A stretch of 64,000 bases of DNA from a virus. The notes under the pieces were generated by a model that worked only from the letters and a program-made list of their open reading frames with translations, did not search any database and was not told the DNA's origin. Positions 47,884 to 56,275 of the stretch are shown in pieces. The stretch is taken from positions 32,001 through 96,000 of IMG/VR virus record IMGVR_UViG_3300020477_001475. One strand, 5' to 3'. A program made the position numbers and the translations under genes. Within the stretch, counting starts at the first letter, position 1. Each line of letters starts with the position of its first letter.

Positions 47884-49260
47884 TTAATTAATCTTCTTTA
47901 ATTTTGGTAATTTAATTTTCTTATGTTCTGGTTGTTTCATATCAATATTTTCCATATGTTTGTCTAAAATTTCGCCGAGTTTTTCAGTCATATGTTTATG
48001 TGTAAATTTACTATGATTCTTATTCATGAGTTTAAGTGCATTTGTTTTAAAATCAAAACTATTTTTAAATGCATATCTCATAGCATCTTTTGCCTGCGTT
48101 TCATCAACAGTAAACCACTTACTTTCTGGTATAATTATATTTTCCCATACTGCTGACTCTGGTACATTATTTAATGTACCTTGTAATAAAATACAATTAG
48201 CTGGATCTAAAAAATCTACTTGACCACTCCAACCAGATGCTATAACAGGTAGTCCAGCCATAGTAGCTTCTTGTAATGGTCTACCATAACCTTCACCATG
48301 AGTAAAAGAAAGCATAGTTTTTATTTTTGGGTGATTATATAAACTATTCATTTCACTATCTGTCAAATCACCATGTAACAAATAAATATTTGGTAAATTC
48401 CAATCACTTGGAAATTGATTTTTAATATTATTTATTTTCGAAATGATACTCTCTTTGTCAATTACACTAAAAGTAGCTCCACTGGTTTTTAATACAATAG
48501 CTGGTTGTTTTTTCTGATTAGCAAATGTTTCATAAAATAATTTAATCATTCTACCAACATCTTTTCTATCTTCACCATAATTACCTTTTATCCAATGGCC
48601 TACAAATAAAAATGCAAAATCTTCTTTTACTATAGAATTAATATCATCTAATACATTTTTATCCATTTCATCAATTTTTAATTGTTTGTATATAGAATCA
48701 TCAGATCCTTCGAACAAAACTTCCATTGGTTTTTCGAGTTTTAATTCACCAACTTTATGATTACCACCAGTAGGTAATTTTTCCAATTTATCAAAAGCTG
48801 TATCAACAAAAGCTTTTTTAGAATGGTTAGATGGTACAATTAACATATCCATTCTATTACACCCTTCCAACCATTGTTGTGATACAGCTGTTGTTTCTAT
48901 ACCAGCTGTTATACCAATATTAAAAAATTTACCAATGGGTTGAAATTCATTTGGTATTCTAACATCTATGTAAATATCTGGTGAATTATGCCCAGAAATA
49001 AGATTAGGATCCACTACTATTGATTCAGATACAATAAGATCTTTACCATCTCTTAAATTCAAAGCATTTCGTGGACAATTTCCCCACCGTACATCAAATA
49101 ATTTAATATTAAATTTATTTAAAAGTCTTAATGAATGAAAAATATCTCTAGCATGTTCACCATAACCACTTCTACTAGTGAATGGTCCAGTTATAACAAC
49201 AGATGGTCTATTTTTTATACTCATACTACCTCCAATGTATATTTTTCTTTCGGTTTCCAT
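47884..49260 (-). CDS. GT4-like (GT-B) glycosyltransferase
   Basis: SRSGYG, FLFVGHW, RKDVG, HGEGYGRPLQEA...PVIASGWSG; true start may be MSIKN at 49224. Confidence 0.85.
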   Translation of the reverse strand: METERKIYIGGSMSIKNRPSVVITGPFTSRSGYGEHARDIFHSLRLLNKFNIKLFDVRWGNCPRNALNLRDGKDLIVSESIVVDPNLISGHNSPDIYIDVRIPNEFQPIGKFFNIGITAGIETTAVSQQWLEGCNRMDMLIVPSNHSKKAFVDTAFDKLEKLPTGGNHKVGELKLEKPMEVLFEGSDDSIYKQLKIDEMDKNVLDDINSIVKEDFAFLFVGHWIKGNYGEDRKDVGRMIKLFYETFANQKKQPAIVLKTSGATFSVIDKESIISKINNIKNQFPSDWNLPNIYLLHGDLTDSEMNSLYNHPKIKTMLSFTHGEGYGRPLQEATMAGLPVIASGWSGQVDFLDPANCILLQGTLNNVPESAVWENIIIPESKWFTVDETQAKDAMRYAFKNSFDFKTNALKLMNKNHSKFTHKHMTEKLGEILDKHMENIDMKQPEHKKIKLPKLKKIN

Positions 49261-50576
49261 TTTTCAAACACGGTATCCATAGATGTAATAAAATTATCAG
49301 ACATTTTTTCCGATGTCATACCTTCTTTAATAACAAATTCTCTACCTTTTTTCCCAGCTTCTTTTCTTTCATCTGGTGTTTTGTCATACCAATATTTCAT
49401 AGCTTCACCAGTTTCATCCCACCTACACCTATCATCAAAAATGTATGGAGTAACTGGTGATCCCATCAATGATATTGTAGATGGAAATACAGTTTTTACC
49501 CATTCACCATGTTCTTGATATTTACCATTATGATTAGATCCCCATTCACCGATATAATCATTTTCTGTGAGATATTCACCATCTTCATTTTTAAATCCAC
49601 ATTGGTCTTGTAATCCACCTGTAACATTAATAATAGTTGGAGTACCTGCCATAAGTGATTCACATGTAGCCAATCCAAATCCTTCATTGGATGCTATATT
49701 TATAGTAACATCACATGAATTATATAAAAGATTTAATTCGTTGTCATTTAACTTAACTTCCGTAAATTTTATATTATAGTTAGGACATATATCTCTATGT
49801 ATGGCTCCTAAATCTGTACCATTTTCATCAACAATTGGTGTATGCATAACCAATATACATTTATCGGCTTCATCTTTAGGTAACATATCACAAAAATGTT
49901 TAAATGCTAATATCACATCACCTGGCATTTTCCTTCTAATATTTCTATTACAAAATAATATCTTAAAATTATAATTATTTATATCCAATTTCGTTTCAAA
50001 TTGAGTTAATCTCAAATCAGATTTATCTATACTGTGATAATTATCGGCATCTACTCCATGTGGAACATATGTTATTTGCCAATCTTCATATTCTGGGACT
50101 ACTCGTTTATTTATACCATAAGTTTGTTTTGAAATCGCCATCAATAAATCAGAACTTCTGTAATAATTTCTATTATACAATGGATCTGGTAAATCATCCC
50201 ATATATTATAATAAAAAATAGGAATTTGTGTTCTTACTTCATGTTCGATGTTATACAACCAAATCCAAAATCTTGGATCCGTGTAATGAAGTATAGCATC
50301 TGGTTTTTCAAGTTTAATTATTTCAAATAATCTATCAGCATCACCATAACCGCTAACTGGATAAAGTTTTAAAGATCCACCTTTAGGAATTTTTATTCTT
50401 TCATCACCATTTATATTTAGTATTTGACCATGTTCTGGATGTTGTATAGCCCCAGCTAATTGTATCCAATCATATTTATGTATAGTACCTCTAACAATTT
50501 CAAACGACATCCTAGCTACACCAGATGTCATTCTAAGATCATCGGATAATAATAATATTTTTTTTCTTTTTGACAT
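49221..50576 (-). CDS. GT4-like (GT-B) glycosyltransferase
   Basis: LLLSDD...SGV, NRNIRRK, NEGFGL...ESLMAGTP....TGGL. Confidence 0.88.
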   Translation of the reverse strand: MSKRKKILLLSDDLRMTSGVARMSFEIVRGTIHKYDWIQLAGAIQHPEHGQILNINGDERIKIPKGGSLKLYPVSGYGDADRLFEIIKLEKPDAILHYTDPRFWIWLYNIEHEVRTQIPIFYYNIWDDLPDPLYNRNYYRSSDLLMAISKQTYGINKRVVPEYEDWQITYVPHGVDADNYHSIDKSDLRLTQFETKLDINNYNFKILFCNRNIRRKMPGDVILAFKHFCDMLPKDEADKCILVMHTPIVDENGTDLGAIHRDICPNYNIKFTEVKLNDNELNLLYNSCDVTINIASNEGFGLATCESLMAGTPTIINVTGGLQDQCGFKNEDGEYLTENDYIGEWGSNHNGKYQEHGEWVKTVFPSTISLMGSPVTPYIFDDRCRWDETGEAMKYWYDKTPDERKEAGKKGREFVIKEGMTSEKMSDNFITSMDTVFEKWKPKEKYTLEVV

Positions 50577-50603
50577 ACATAACCTTTATTTTAACGATAT
50601 TTA

Positions 50604-50810
50604 CTAAAAACTACTACCAGACATTAGAAGTTCATCTGTAATTTTTATTTTATCTCTAAAGTTATCATCATCACTTATATATAATAATATACTTCTATTG
50701 ACCAACTTTTGCAAATTTATATCATCATCCAGACTTATATGCCTAAATTCATTGTATAAATTTTCGATTATCTTTACAGATGTTAATTTTGTTTTACATT
50801 CTATACTCAT
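50604..50810 (-). CDS. Small hypothetical protein (possible ribbon-helix-helix)
   Basis: LTSVKI strand followed by two predicted helices. Confidence 0.5.
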   Translation of the reverse strand: MSIECKTKLTSVKIIENLYNEFRHISLDDDINLQKLVNRSILLYISDDDNFRDKIKITDELLMSGSSF

Positions 50811-50851
50811 ATATATACATATATATAAAATACAGAAAACAACTACTTTTT

Positions 50852-51259
50852 TTAATAAATTATTAAAGTTTTTTTATTAAATTTTTCGGCATATTTTAAT
50901 GTAGATTCTGTACCACTCGTGCTTATGCCCTTTGGAATAAATGCAACTATATAATCACTAGTTCCAGCAATTATCTTATTTCTAACATGATAATTCTTTA
51001 CATGATAAGGCTTTCCATATCTAGATTCAGATAATGGGCAATATAAATTATGAGGAAAATGATCAGGTGGATATTCTTCATATTGTAAACCCAATTCAAG
51101 AGCGTATTTCTTAGCGTATTTATCAGCCCCATCTTTACAACCACCACTTACGATTGTAGTATCTTCACCATGTTCTTGCTTCAATTTAAAAATAAAATCT
51201 TTTATTTTCTTTTTATTTTCATATTTACGACTGCCAATTATAGCTATTTTCATTAACAA
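50852..51259 (-). CDS. SLOG-superfamily (DUF2493/YspA-like) protein
   Basis: IAIIGSR, IVSGGCKDGAD, RNKII, VAF...GT. Confidence 0.8.
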   Translation of the reverse strand: MLMKIAIIGSRKYENKKKIKDFIFKLKQEHGEDTTIVSGGCKDGADKYAKKYALELGLQYEEYPPDHFPHNLYCPLSESRYGKPYHVKNYHVRNKIIAGTSDYIVAFIPKGISTSGTESTLKYAEKFNKKTLIIY

Positions 51260-51340
51260 TTACCATTATTGAAAAGTAAAAACATGGCCAACATTATCAA
51301 TTTATCTAAAATCCACAATGATATCAATATAGTCAATTTT

Positions 51341-51691
51341 TTATCTATTCCTATTTTCATTTTTTTTATCTATCCTTTTTATTTGTTTATAAATATTTTT
51401 ATAATATTCCAAACCATCTAAAATATTACCTTCATATTTATACCTCCACCCACATTTATCACCATTATTTATAACAAAAAAATTATAATTTATTATATCA
51501 CCATTTTTATACGATTTATTTATCATATAATCATATTTTTTTACAAATTTATTAGTACTTCCATTCAACCCAACTATATTCAATTCAAAATCTCTATTTT
51601 TGTAAAAAGATTTTAAAAAACTAACTACATTCTCTTCTTCACTTAATATATCTTCTATGTTAAGTAATAATGAATAAACATGTCTACTCAA
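51341..51691 (-). CDS. Hypothetical protein
   Basis: 116-aa ORF abutting the nuclease gene. Confidence 0.5.
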   Translation of the reverse strand: MSRHVYSLLLNIEDILSEEENVVSFLKSFYKNRDFELNIVGLNGSTNKFVKKYDYMINKSYKNGDIINYNFFVINNGDKCGWRYKYEGNILDGLEYYKNIYKQIKRIDKKNENRNR

Positions 51692-52552
51692 TTAAATTAT
51701 ACCTTCTTTACAATATTCAGTTTGATTAAATTCACAAAATCTACAAGCGTTTTTACTCGGCGTGGCGTGCAGAGCATCGGCCGAATAACTACCATCATTG
51801 GCAAACGCTTCATCTATAAACCTATTCAATTTTTTACCTATCTTGTTCATAGAAACCTTACCACTGGCAGGTGCAAACTTCTGAAATCTCTTTTGTGGAA
51901 AATCCACATTTTCCCACAACTTTCTTTTCAATATCAAATATTCAATATCTATTCTATCTATGGGATGATTATATTGTTTAGAATAAAATTGTTTATATAA
52001 CAATAATTGTGATGTTTTATCAAAATCCTTTTTCATCCATTTATTCCAACCTTTTGTGGATGTTTTCAAATCAATTATCTTTATTGAATCTGTTGGTTTA
52101 TGCCTTAACACCACATCAAGATAACCAACCATTCTAATATTATTCTTTAATTCCATATCTATTGGAACTTCACAACCAATTAATTCCCATTTATTTTTGA
52201 AAAAATATTCACCCCGTTTCTTCCTAAAAAAATCAAGTATTTCAATACCATCATCAAAAAATTCTGATAATTGTTCTTTTGTACATGGTGGTTTACCATC
52301 ATTTTCTTCAGCTTTTTTAAATTCATTTATCATTTCTTTTTGTAACAATGCTGGTAAATCAATTTCATTGGCCTTTTTCACACTTTCACCATACATCACA
52401 TCAAGATAATGTTGTATTGTTTCGTGCATTGCTGTTCCAAATACCAAATGTATATTTGATTCTGATACGGATATTTCATCCACATATCTTAGTTTCCAAT
52501 GCATTGGGCATTGGCTATACATCGATAATTGACTGTATGATATTTTATTCAT
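51692..52552 (-). CDS. PD-(D/E)XK exonuclease, Cas4/RecB/AddB-like
   Basis: SYSQL...CP, GTAMHE, GYLDVV...IIDLKTS, QLLLY, C-terminal CRFC...C (1+3 Cys pattern). Confidence 0.85.
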   Translation of the reverse strand: MNKISYSQLSMYSQCPMHWKLRYVDEISVSESNIHLVFGTAMHETIQHYLDVMYGESVKKANEIDLPALLQKEMINEFKKAEENDGKPPCTKEQLSEFFDDGIEILDFFRKKRGEYFFKNKWELIGCEVPIDMELKNNIRMVGYLDVVLRHKPTDSIKIIDLKTSTKGWNKWMKKDFDKTSQLLLYKQFYSKQYNHPIDRIDIEYLILKRKLWENVDFPQKRFQKFAPASGKVSMNKIGKKLNRFIDEAFANDGSYSADALHATPSKNACRFCEFNQTEYCKEGII

Positions 52553-52832
52553 TTTTGCCTACCATTCTATGATATGGTTTTTTATAATAATGTGAAATAA
52601 ATGTACTAATTTCTTCCATATCTAATTTTCTTCTTAAATTATTTTCTAATCTTGTATATGGACAATCTAATCTGTTTAAAGCTAAATGCATTATCCACGC
52701 TGATAGTGGTAATGCTATCCAAATAGGTTCATTGATAAATAATAAAGGAACACTTAATGTTATAACCCAAAGCCCAATATGATGTGTAACTACGGTAAAT
52801 ACAAACAATAATCTATAAAATGTTCTATTCAT
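52545..52832 (-). CDS. Small membrane protein (DUF2784-like)
   Basis: Two hydrophobic helices then CPYTRLENNLR...FISHY. Confidence 0.65.
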   Translation of the reverse strand: MNRTFYRLLFVFTVVTHHIGLWVITLSVPLLFINEPIWIALPLSAWIMHLALNRLDCPYTRLENNLRRKLDMEEISTFISHYYKKPYHRMVGKNE

Positions 52833-53502
52833 CTTTCTCCTTTGGGTAAGGTAATATTTTATATTTTAAATTTTTCATCATATCCTTTTTTTCCTTTTTA
52901 TTTCCCATTAAATACAAATATCTATATTTTCCATGTAATTTTTTAATTTCGTATTGAACTCCCATTTTTTTCAATTTATCTTTACTACGAGTACCATACC
53001 TTTGATTCATAGTTCTGGGATGTACTTTTTTACCATCAATAATATACCAAGTATCTTCAGTACTAGTTCCACAATACAACCAATTGGTTGCTTGATATAT
53101 TTTTCCAAAATGACCTTGTTCTGGATCGGCAAAAGATACTAATATCTTTATATCAGGATGATTTTTCTTTATATATTTTATACTTTGACCTATACAATAA
53201 CTTTCCATATTCTTACCAGCCCAATCAAAACTAAACAACCTAACTAATTCCCAATATTTTCCAGGAAGACTATCTTTCATAGTTGACGATGCACTTTGAC
53301 CATAAACTAAAACTGCATTCAATTTCTTTTCTACATAAAATCCCAAACATAATTCAGATGCTGGAAATGCATGACTATAATGATTTTTAATTATTATACT
53401 TTTAGCTAAATTGGATGGTATTCGTTCCATTTCAATATTATTCTTATCTAAAGTATCCATTTCTACTTCTGATGTAGGATCACCATCCCAGAAATTATTC
53501 AT
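52825..53502 (-). CDS. mom: Mom-like GNAT-fold DNA (adenine) modification enzyme
   Basis: NHYS, LGFY, ELVRLF, KNMESYCI, LVSFADPEQGHFGKIYQATNWLYCG, KYRY: matches the Mu Mom family pattern. Confidence 0.75.
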   Translation of the reverse strand: MNNFWDGDPTSEVEMDTLDKNNIEMERIPSNLAKSIIIKNHYSHAFPASELCLGFYVEKKLNAVLVYGQSASSTMKDSLPGKYWELVRLFSFDWAGKNMESYCIGQSIKYIKKNHPDIKILVSFADPEQGHFGKIYQATNWLYCGTSTEDTWYIIDGKKVHPRTMNQRYGTRSKDKLKKMGVQYEIKKLHGKYRYLYLMGNKKEKKDMMKNLKYKILPYPKEKDE

Positions 53503-53513
53503 AATTTTAATCT

Positions 53514-54272
53514 CTATAAAATATTAGAATTATTGTCAACAACAACTTTTTTTATTTTCAATTCATTATTACCAGTATTTTTAGGATAATCCATAGACGG
53601 ATGTTTTAAAGATTTTATAAATTTTTTCTTTTCTTTTTTTGTACCTAAAAAATAAACATATCTGTGTTTACGTGGATCTTCTTTCAACCAAAATGTATGT
53701 CCTATCTTGTCTTTCAACTTTTCCATGTTATTAGTACCATACATAGCAAAAATAGTTCTGGAATGTATCCAATCACCATCCTCTTCCAACCTTAATAACC
53801 AAGAATCACAATATCTAATTTTATCCCCTTGATATACCCAATTAGTTGCTTGATAAATACCACCCAAATGACCTTCTTTAGGATCTGCATAAGATAATAA
53901 AGCTTTAATGGATTTATCATTTGTTTTTAACCATTCAAAAGTCCTACTAATAAAAGATGATTCTATATTTTTACCATAACCATCATGAATAAATAACCGT
54001 GTTAATTCTAATACATTCTTATTTTCCAATTCACTGGAAATAGATTGTGCAGCCAACCTACCAACAGGATAACCATAAACAGCAACACCAATTAGTTTTT
54101 CTTCCTTTTCATCAAAAAATGCATGATCATTACCAGTTTCATAAAAAAGACCCAATGCATAACGACAACTTGTCCACGCATGAGAATAATGATATTTTTC
54201 AATCATTTTTTTACCTATATTTTTAGGTATAGATTTAACCTTTAATTTTTTTATATCTACATATTTTTCCAT
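53514..54272 (-). CDS. mom: Mom-like GNAT-fold DNA (adenine) modification enzyme, second paralogue
   Basis: YHYS, LGLF, ELTRLF, KNIESSFI, LLSYADPKEGHLGGIYQATNWVYQG, KHRY. Confidence 0.75.
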   Translation of the reverse strand: MEKYVDIKKLKVKSIPKNIGKKMIEKYHYSHAWTSCRYALGLFYETGNDHAFFDEKEEKLIGVAVYGYPVGRLAAQSISSELENKNVLELTRLFIHDGYGKNIESSFISRTFEWLKTNDKSIKALLSYADPKEGHLGGIYQATNWVYQGDKIRYCDSWLLRLEEDGDWIHSRTIFAMYGTNNMEKLKDKIGHTFWLKEDPRKHRYVYFLGTKKEKKKFIKSLKHPSMDYPKNTGNNELKIKKVVVDNNSNIL

Positions 54273-54277
54273 AATAA

Positions 54278-54307
54278 AATATACAACCTTTTTGTAATAT
54301 AAAACAA
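54278..54307 (-). promoter_or_regulatory. sigma70-like promoter (TTGTTT-18-TATATT) directly upstream of the first Mom-like gene
   Basis: Repeated promoter family; -10 ends 5 nt before the ATG and no RBS is evident. Confidence 0.55.
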
Positions 54308-54317
54308 GCTTTTTATG

Positions 54318-54465
54318 CTGGAGCCGTAGGAGTCGAACCTACACGAAGAAGTTAGCCTTAGTTCAAGTGTGCACCTAAGTAGTGGTCAACCCATTAAACC
54401 ATGTTTATCCTTTTATCTTCACCCCCGAGACAAGAGGGCGTGTCTGCCAATTCCACCAGACTCCA
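54318..54465 (-). tRNA. Aberrant 148-nt tRNA-Asp(GUC)-like RNA with a 79-nt variable region
   Basis: Acceptor TGGAGTC/GGCTCCA + G73; D arm GTG-GAATTGGCAGA-CAC; anticodon arm CCCTC-TTGTCTC-GGGGG; T arm GTAGG-TTCGACT-CCTAC; CCA not encoded. Confidence 0.75.
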
Positions 54466-54471
54466 ATGTTA

Positions 54472-54972
54472 TTATTTATCTAATAACCAAGATGATGATT
54501 GTATTTTGTCACCACCTATTCCCCAAATCATTTCTACACCTAAATCCTGGCAAACCTGCATTTCAGGTACATTATCTGATGTTCTATCCCCACCGTTAGC
54601 AAAAAACAATTTATATTCTTTTTCACCGGTTGGGTTTGAATCTAAATAATCATAGTTAAATCCTTGACCACTATAAATGGTTCTAACTTGTTTGATTAAA
54701 CTACAAGCCGTATCATCTTTATCATCAAAGGCTAACACTTGGTTGACATATTTAAAACCTTCAAGTATTTCTTTTCTTTCTTTGAAATCCATAAATGGTT
54801 TTTCTTTTTTACGAGTTAACCAATCATCTGAATTTAATCCCACTATAACTTGATGTCCTAACCAACTTGCTTCTCTAAACATTCTTAAATGACCTTTATG
54901 TACAGGATCAAATCCACCACTCATTATGATGACGGATTTTCTCCAGTCTTTATTCCATGTCGTTTGTTTCAC
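54472..54972 (-). CDS. HxGH cytidylyl/adenylyltransferase (TagD/RfaE-II-like)
   Basis: SGGFDPVHKGH, VGLNSD, ANGGDR, KIQSSS. Confidence 0.88.
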   Translation of the reverse strand: MKQTTWNKDWRKSVIIMSGGFDPVHKGHLRMFREASWLGHQVIVGLNSDDWLTRKKEKPFMDFKERKEILEGFKYVNQVLAFDDKDDTACSLIKQVRTIYSGQGFNYDYLDSNPTGEKEYKLFFANGGDRTSDNVPEMQVCQDLGVEMIWGIGGDKIQSSSWLLDK

Positions 54973-55796
54973 TTAGTTAACCCCGACATTTCCATAGCTC
55001 TTACCATTCTCGTTACACCAATTCCACCACCGAATCTAGGGAAGAAATCGTGTGATAAGTATTCTTCTAATTCTTTTTCAACTCTTTCTTTTGTGAAATG
55101 GTTGTAAAGTAATTGAGCATACTCACCGTCTGAAATTGAATGGAAGTTTTCTCTCATTTCATCAACATTAACTGCTCTTTCAGCTGAACCAATTGTTTCT
55201 TGACCATGCATGATAACATCAATCTTATTGTAAAGATTTTTGTCATCATCATTTTGTTTCATGTTCCAGAATGGATGTGTTCTATGTGGAAAATGTGATA
55301 AAAATGTACAAGTACCTAATTCTTTACTCATAGCTTCTTCTTCTGCATAATCTAATTCATCAACACTATATTTTTCACATGCTTCATCATATTTGATTTT
55401 ACCATGTTCAGAACCAAAACCTAAAAACTCTAATAATTCTTCTTCCATTTCTTCTAATTTGTCCATACCACCGTGAGACTCAAACTCGAACATTGGGAAT
55501 AATTTCTCATGACGACCTTCAACAGGATTTGGTTCATTTCTATAACTCGTTGATACACAAAATACACCTTTTACTGTTGGATTCTTTAATAATTCATATT
55601 CAAGCCACATTTGTCCAGTCTGCGGTAACGGCCAGTTTACACCATTAAACACATATTGTGATATGGTTTTTGGATCTTCACAAGCCGCTAATATAGACCT
55701 TCTTGATTGTGTTGGAACTTCTATAAATCCCTTTGCTTCTCTAAAGTATTGTCTCATTTTATAAACTGCTGCATCAAATGCGAACATATCTTTCAT
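54969..55796 (-). CDS. Class IIb aminoacyl-tRNA synthetase catalytic domain only (AsnRS/AspRS-like; possible asparagine synthetase)
   Basis: Motif 1 GFIEVPT, motif 2 SYRNE...RHEKLFPMFEFE, ETIGSAER, motif 3 GGGIGVTR; 275 aa, no anticodon-binding OB domain. Confidence 0.82.
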   Translation of the reverse strand: MKDMFAFDAAVYKMRQYFREAKGFIEVPTQSRRSILAACEDPKTISQYVFNGVNWPLPQTGQMWLEYELLKNPTVKGVFCVSTSYRNEPNPVEGRHEKLFPMFEFESHGGMDKLEEMEEELLEFLGFGSEHGKIKYDEACEKYSVDELDYAEEEAMSKELGTCTFLSHFPHRTHPFWNMKQNDDDKNLYNKIDVIMHGQETIGSAERAVNVDEMRENFHSISDGEYAQLLYNHFTKERVEKELEEYLSHDFFPRFGGGIGVTRMVRAMEMSGLTK

Positions 55797-55807
55797 TTAT
55801 CTTCTCC

Positions 55808-56275
55808 TTAACATCCTATATAAAATATAATCAAACCTAAAACACATACACCCCAATCAAATACATTTGAACGAGGTAAACTTATGTTCATCATTTTCCA
55901 TGGTGCTTTACTTGCGAAAGGATCATCAAGACACACATAATTCAATGCTCTTTCATATACAAAATAACCAACCATCCAACTACCTAACCAAATAAATAAT
56001 AAATCGTAAAAACTAGTTCCAGCCCACATACCAAGTGTATATGCTGATAAGATACAACCTACAGTACCTATATTTTCACCTAATCTCCAAGCATGATAAT
56101 CAAGAATACCTACCCCACTAGGTTTACCCTTTTTACTAATACTACCAAATATTAATTTATTTGATTTTCTTTGTTTTGCATTTGCCCATGTATATCCTTC
56201 AGTACACCCTTCACTAAACCAATATACAACCATAAAAAATAAAAAACATAATTCTAATAACATATTAATCTCCAC
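55808..56275 (-). CDS. Membrane hypothetical protein
   Basis: About four hydrophobic segments. Confidence 0.6.
   Translation of the reverse strand: MEINMLLELCFLFFMVVYWFSEGCTEGYTWANAKQRKSNKLIFGSISKKGKPSGVGILDYHAWRLGENIGTVGCILSAYTLGMWAGTSFYDLLFIWLGSWMVGYFVYERALNYVCLDDPFASKAPWKMMNISLPRSNVFDWGVCVLGLIIFYIGC

Noticed and set aside
26944-50576. Bacterial O-antigen/capsule locus of a cellular chromosome
   Set aside because: No flippase, polymerase or exporter, and the flanking T4-like replisome and small-ORF regions indicate a phage.
51692-52552. CRISPR-associated cas4 as part of a CRISPR-Cas system
   Set aside because: No array or other cas genes in the window; stand-alone Cas4-like nucleases are common in phages.
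54343-54421. Group I or canonical tRNA intron; tmRNA
   Set aside because: Too short for group I, not at the 37/38 position, and the RNA lacks tmRNA size, the G3-U70 Ala identity pair and a clear tag ORF.
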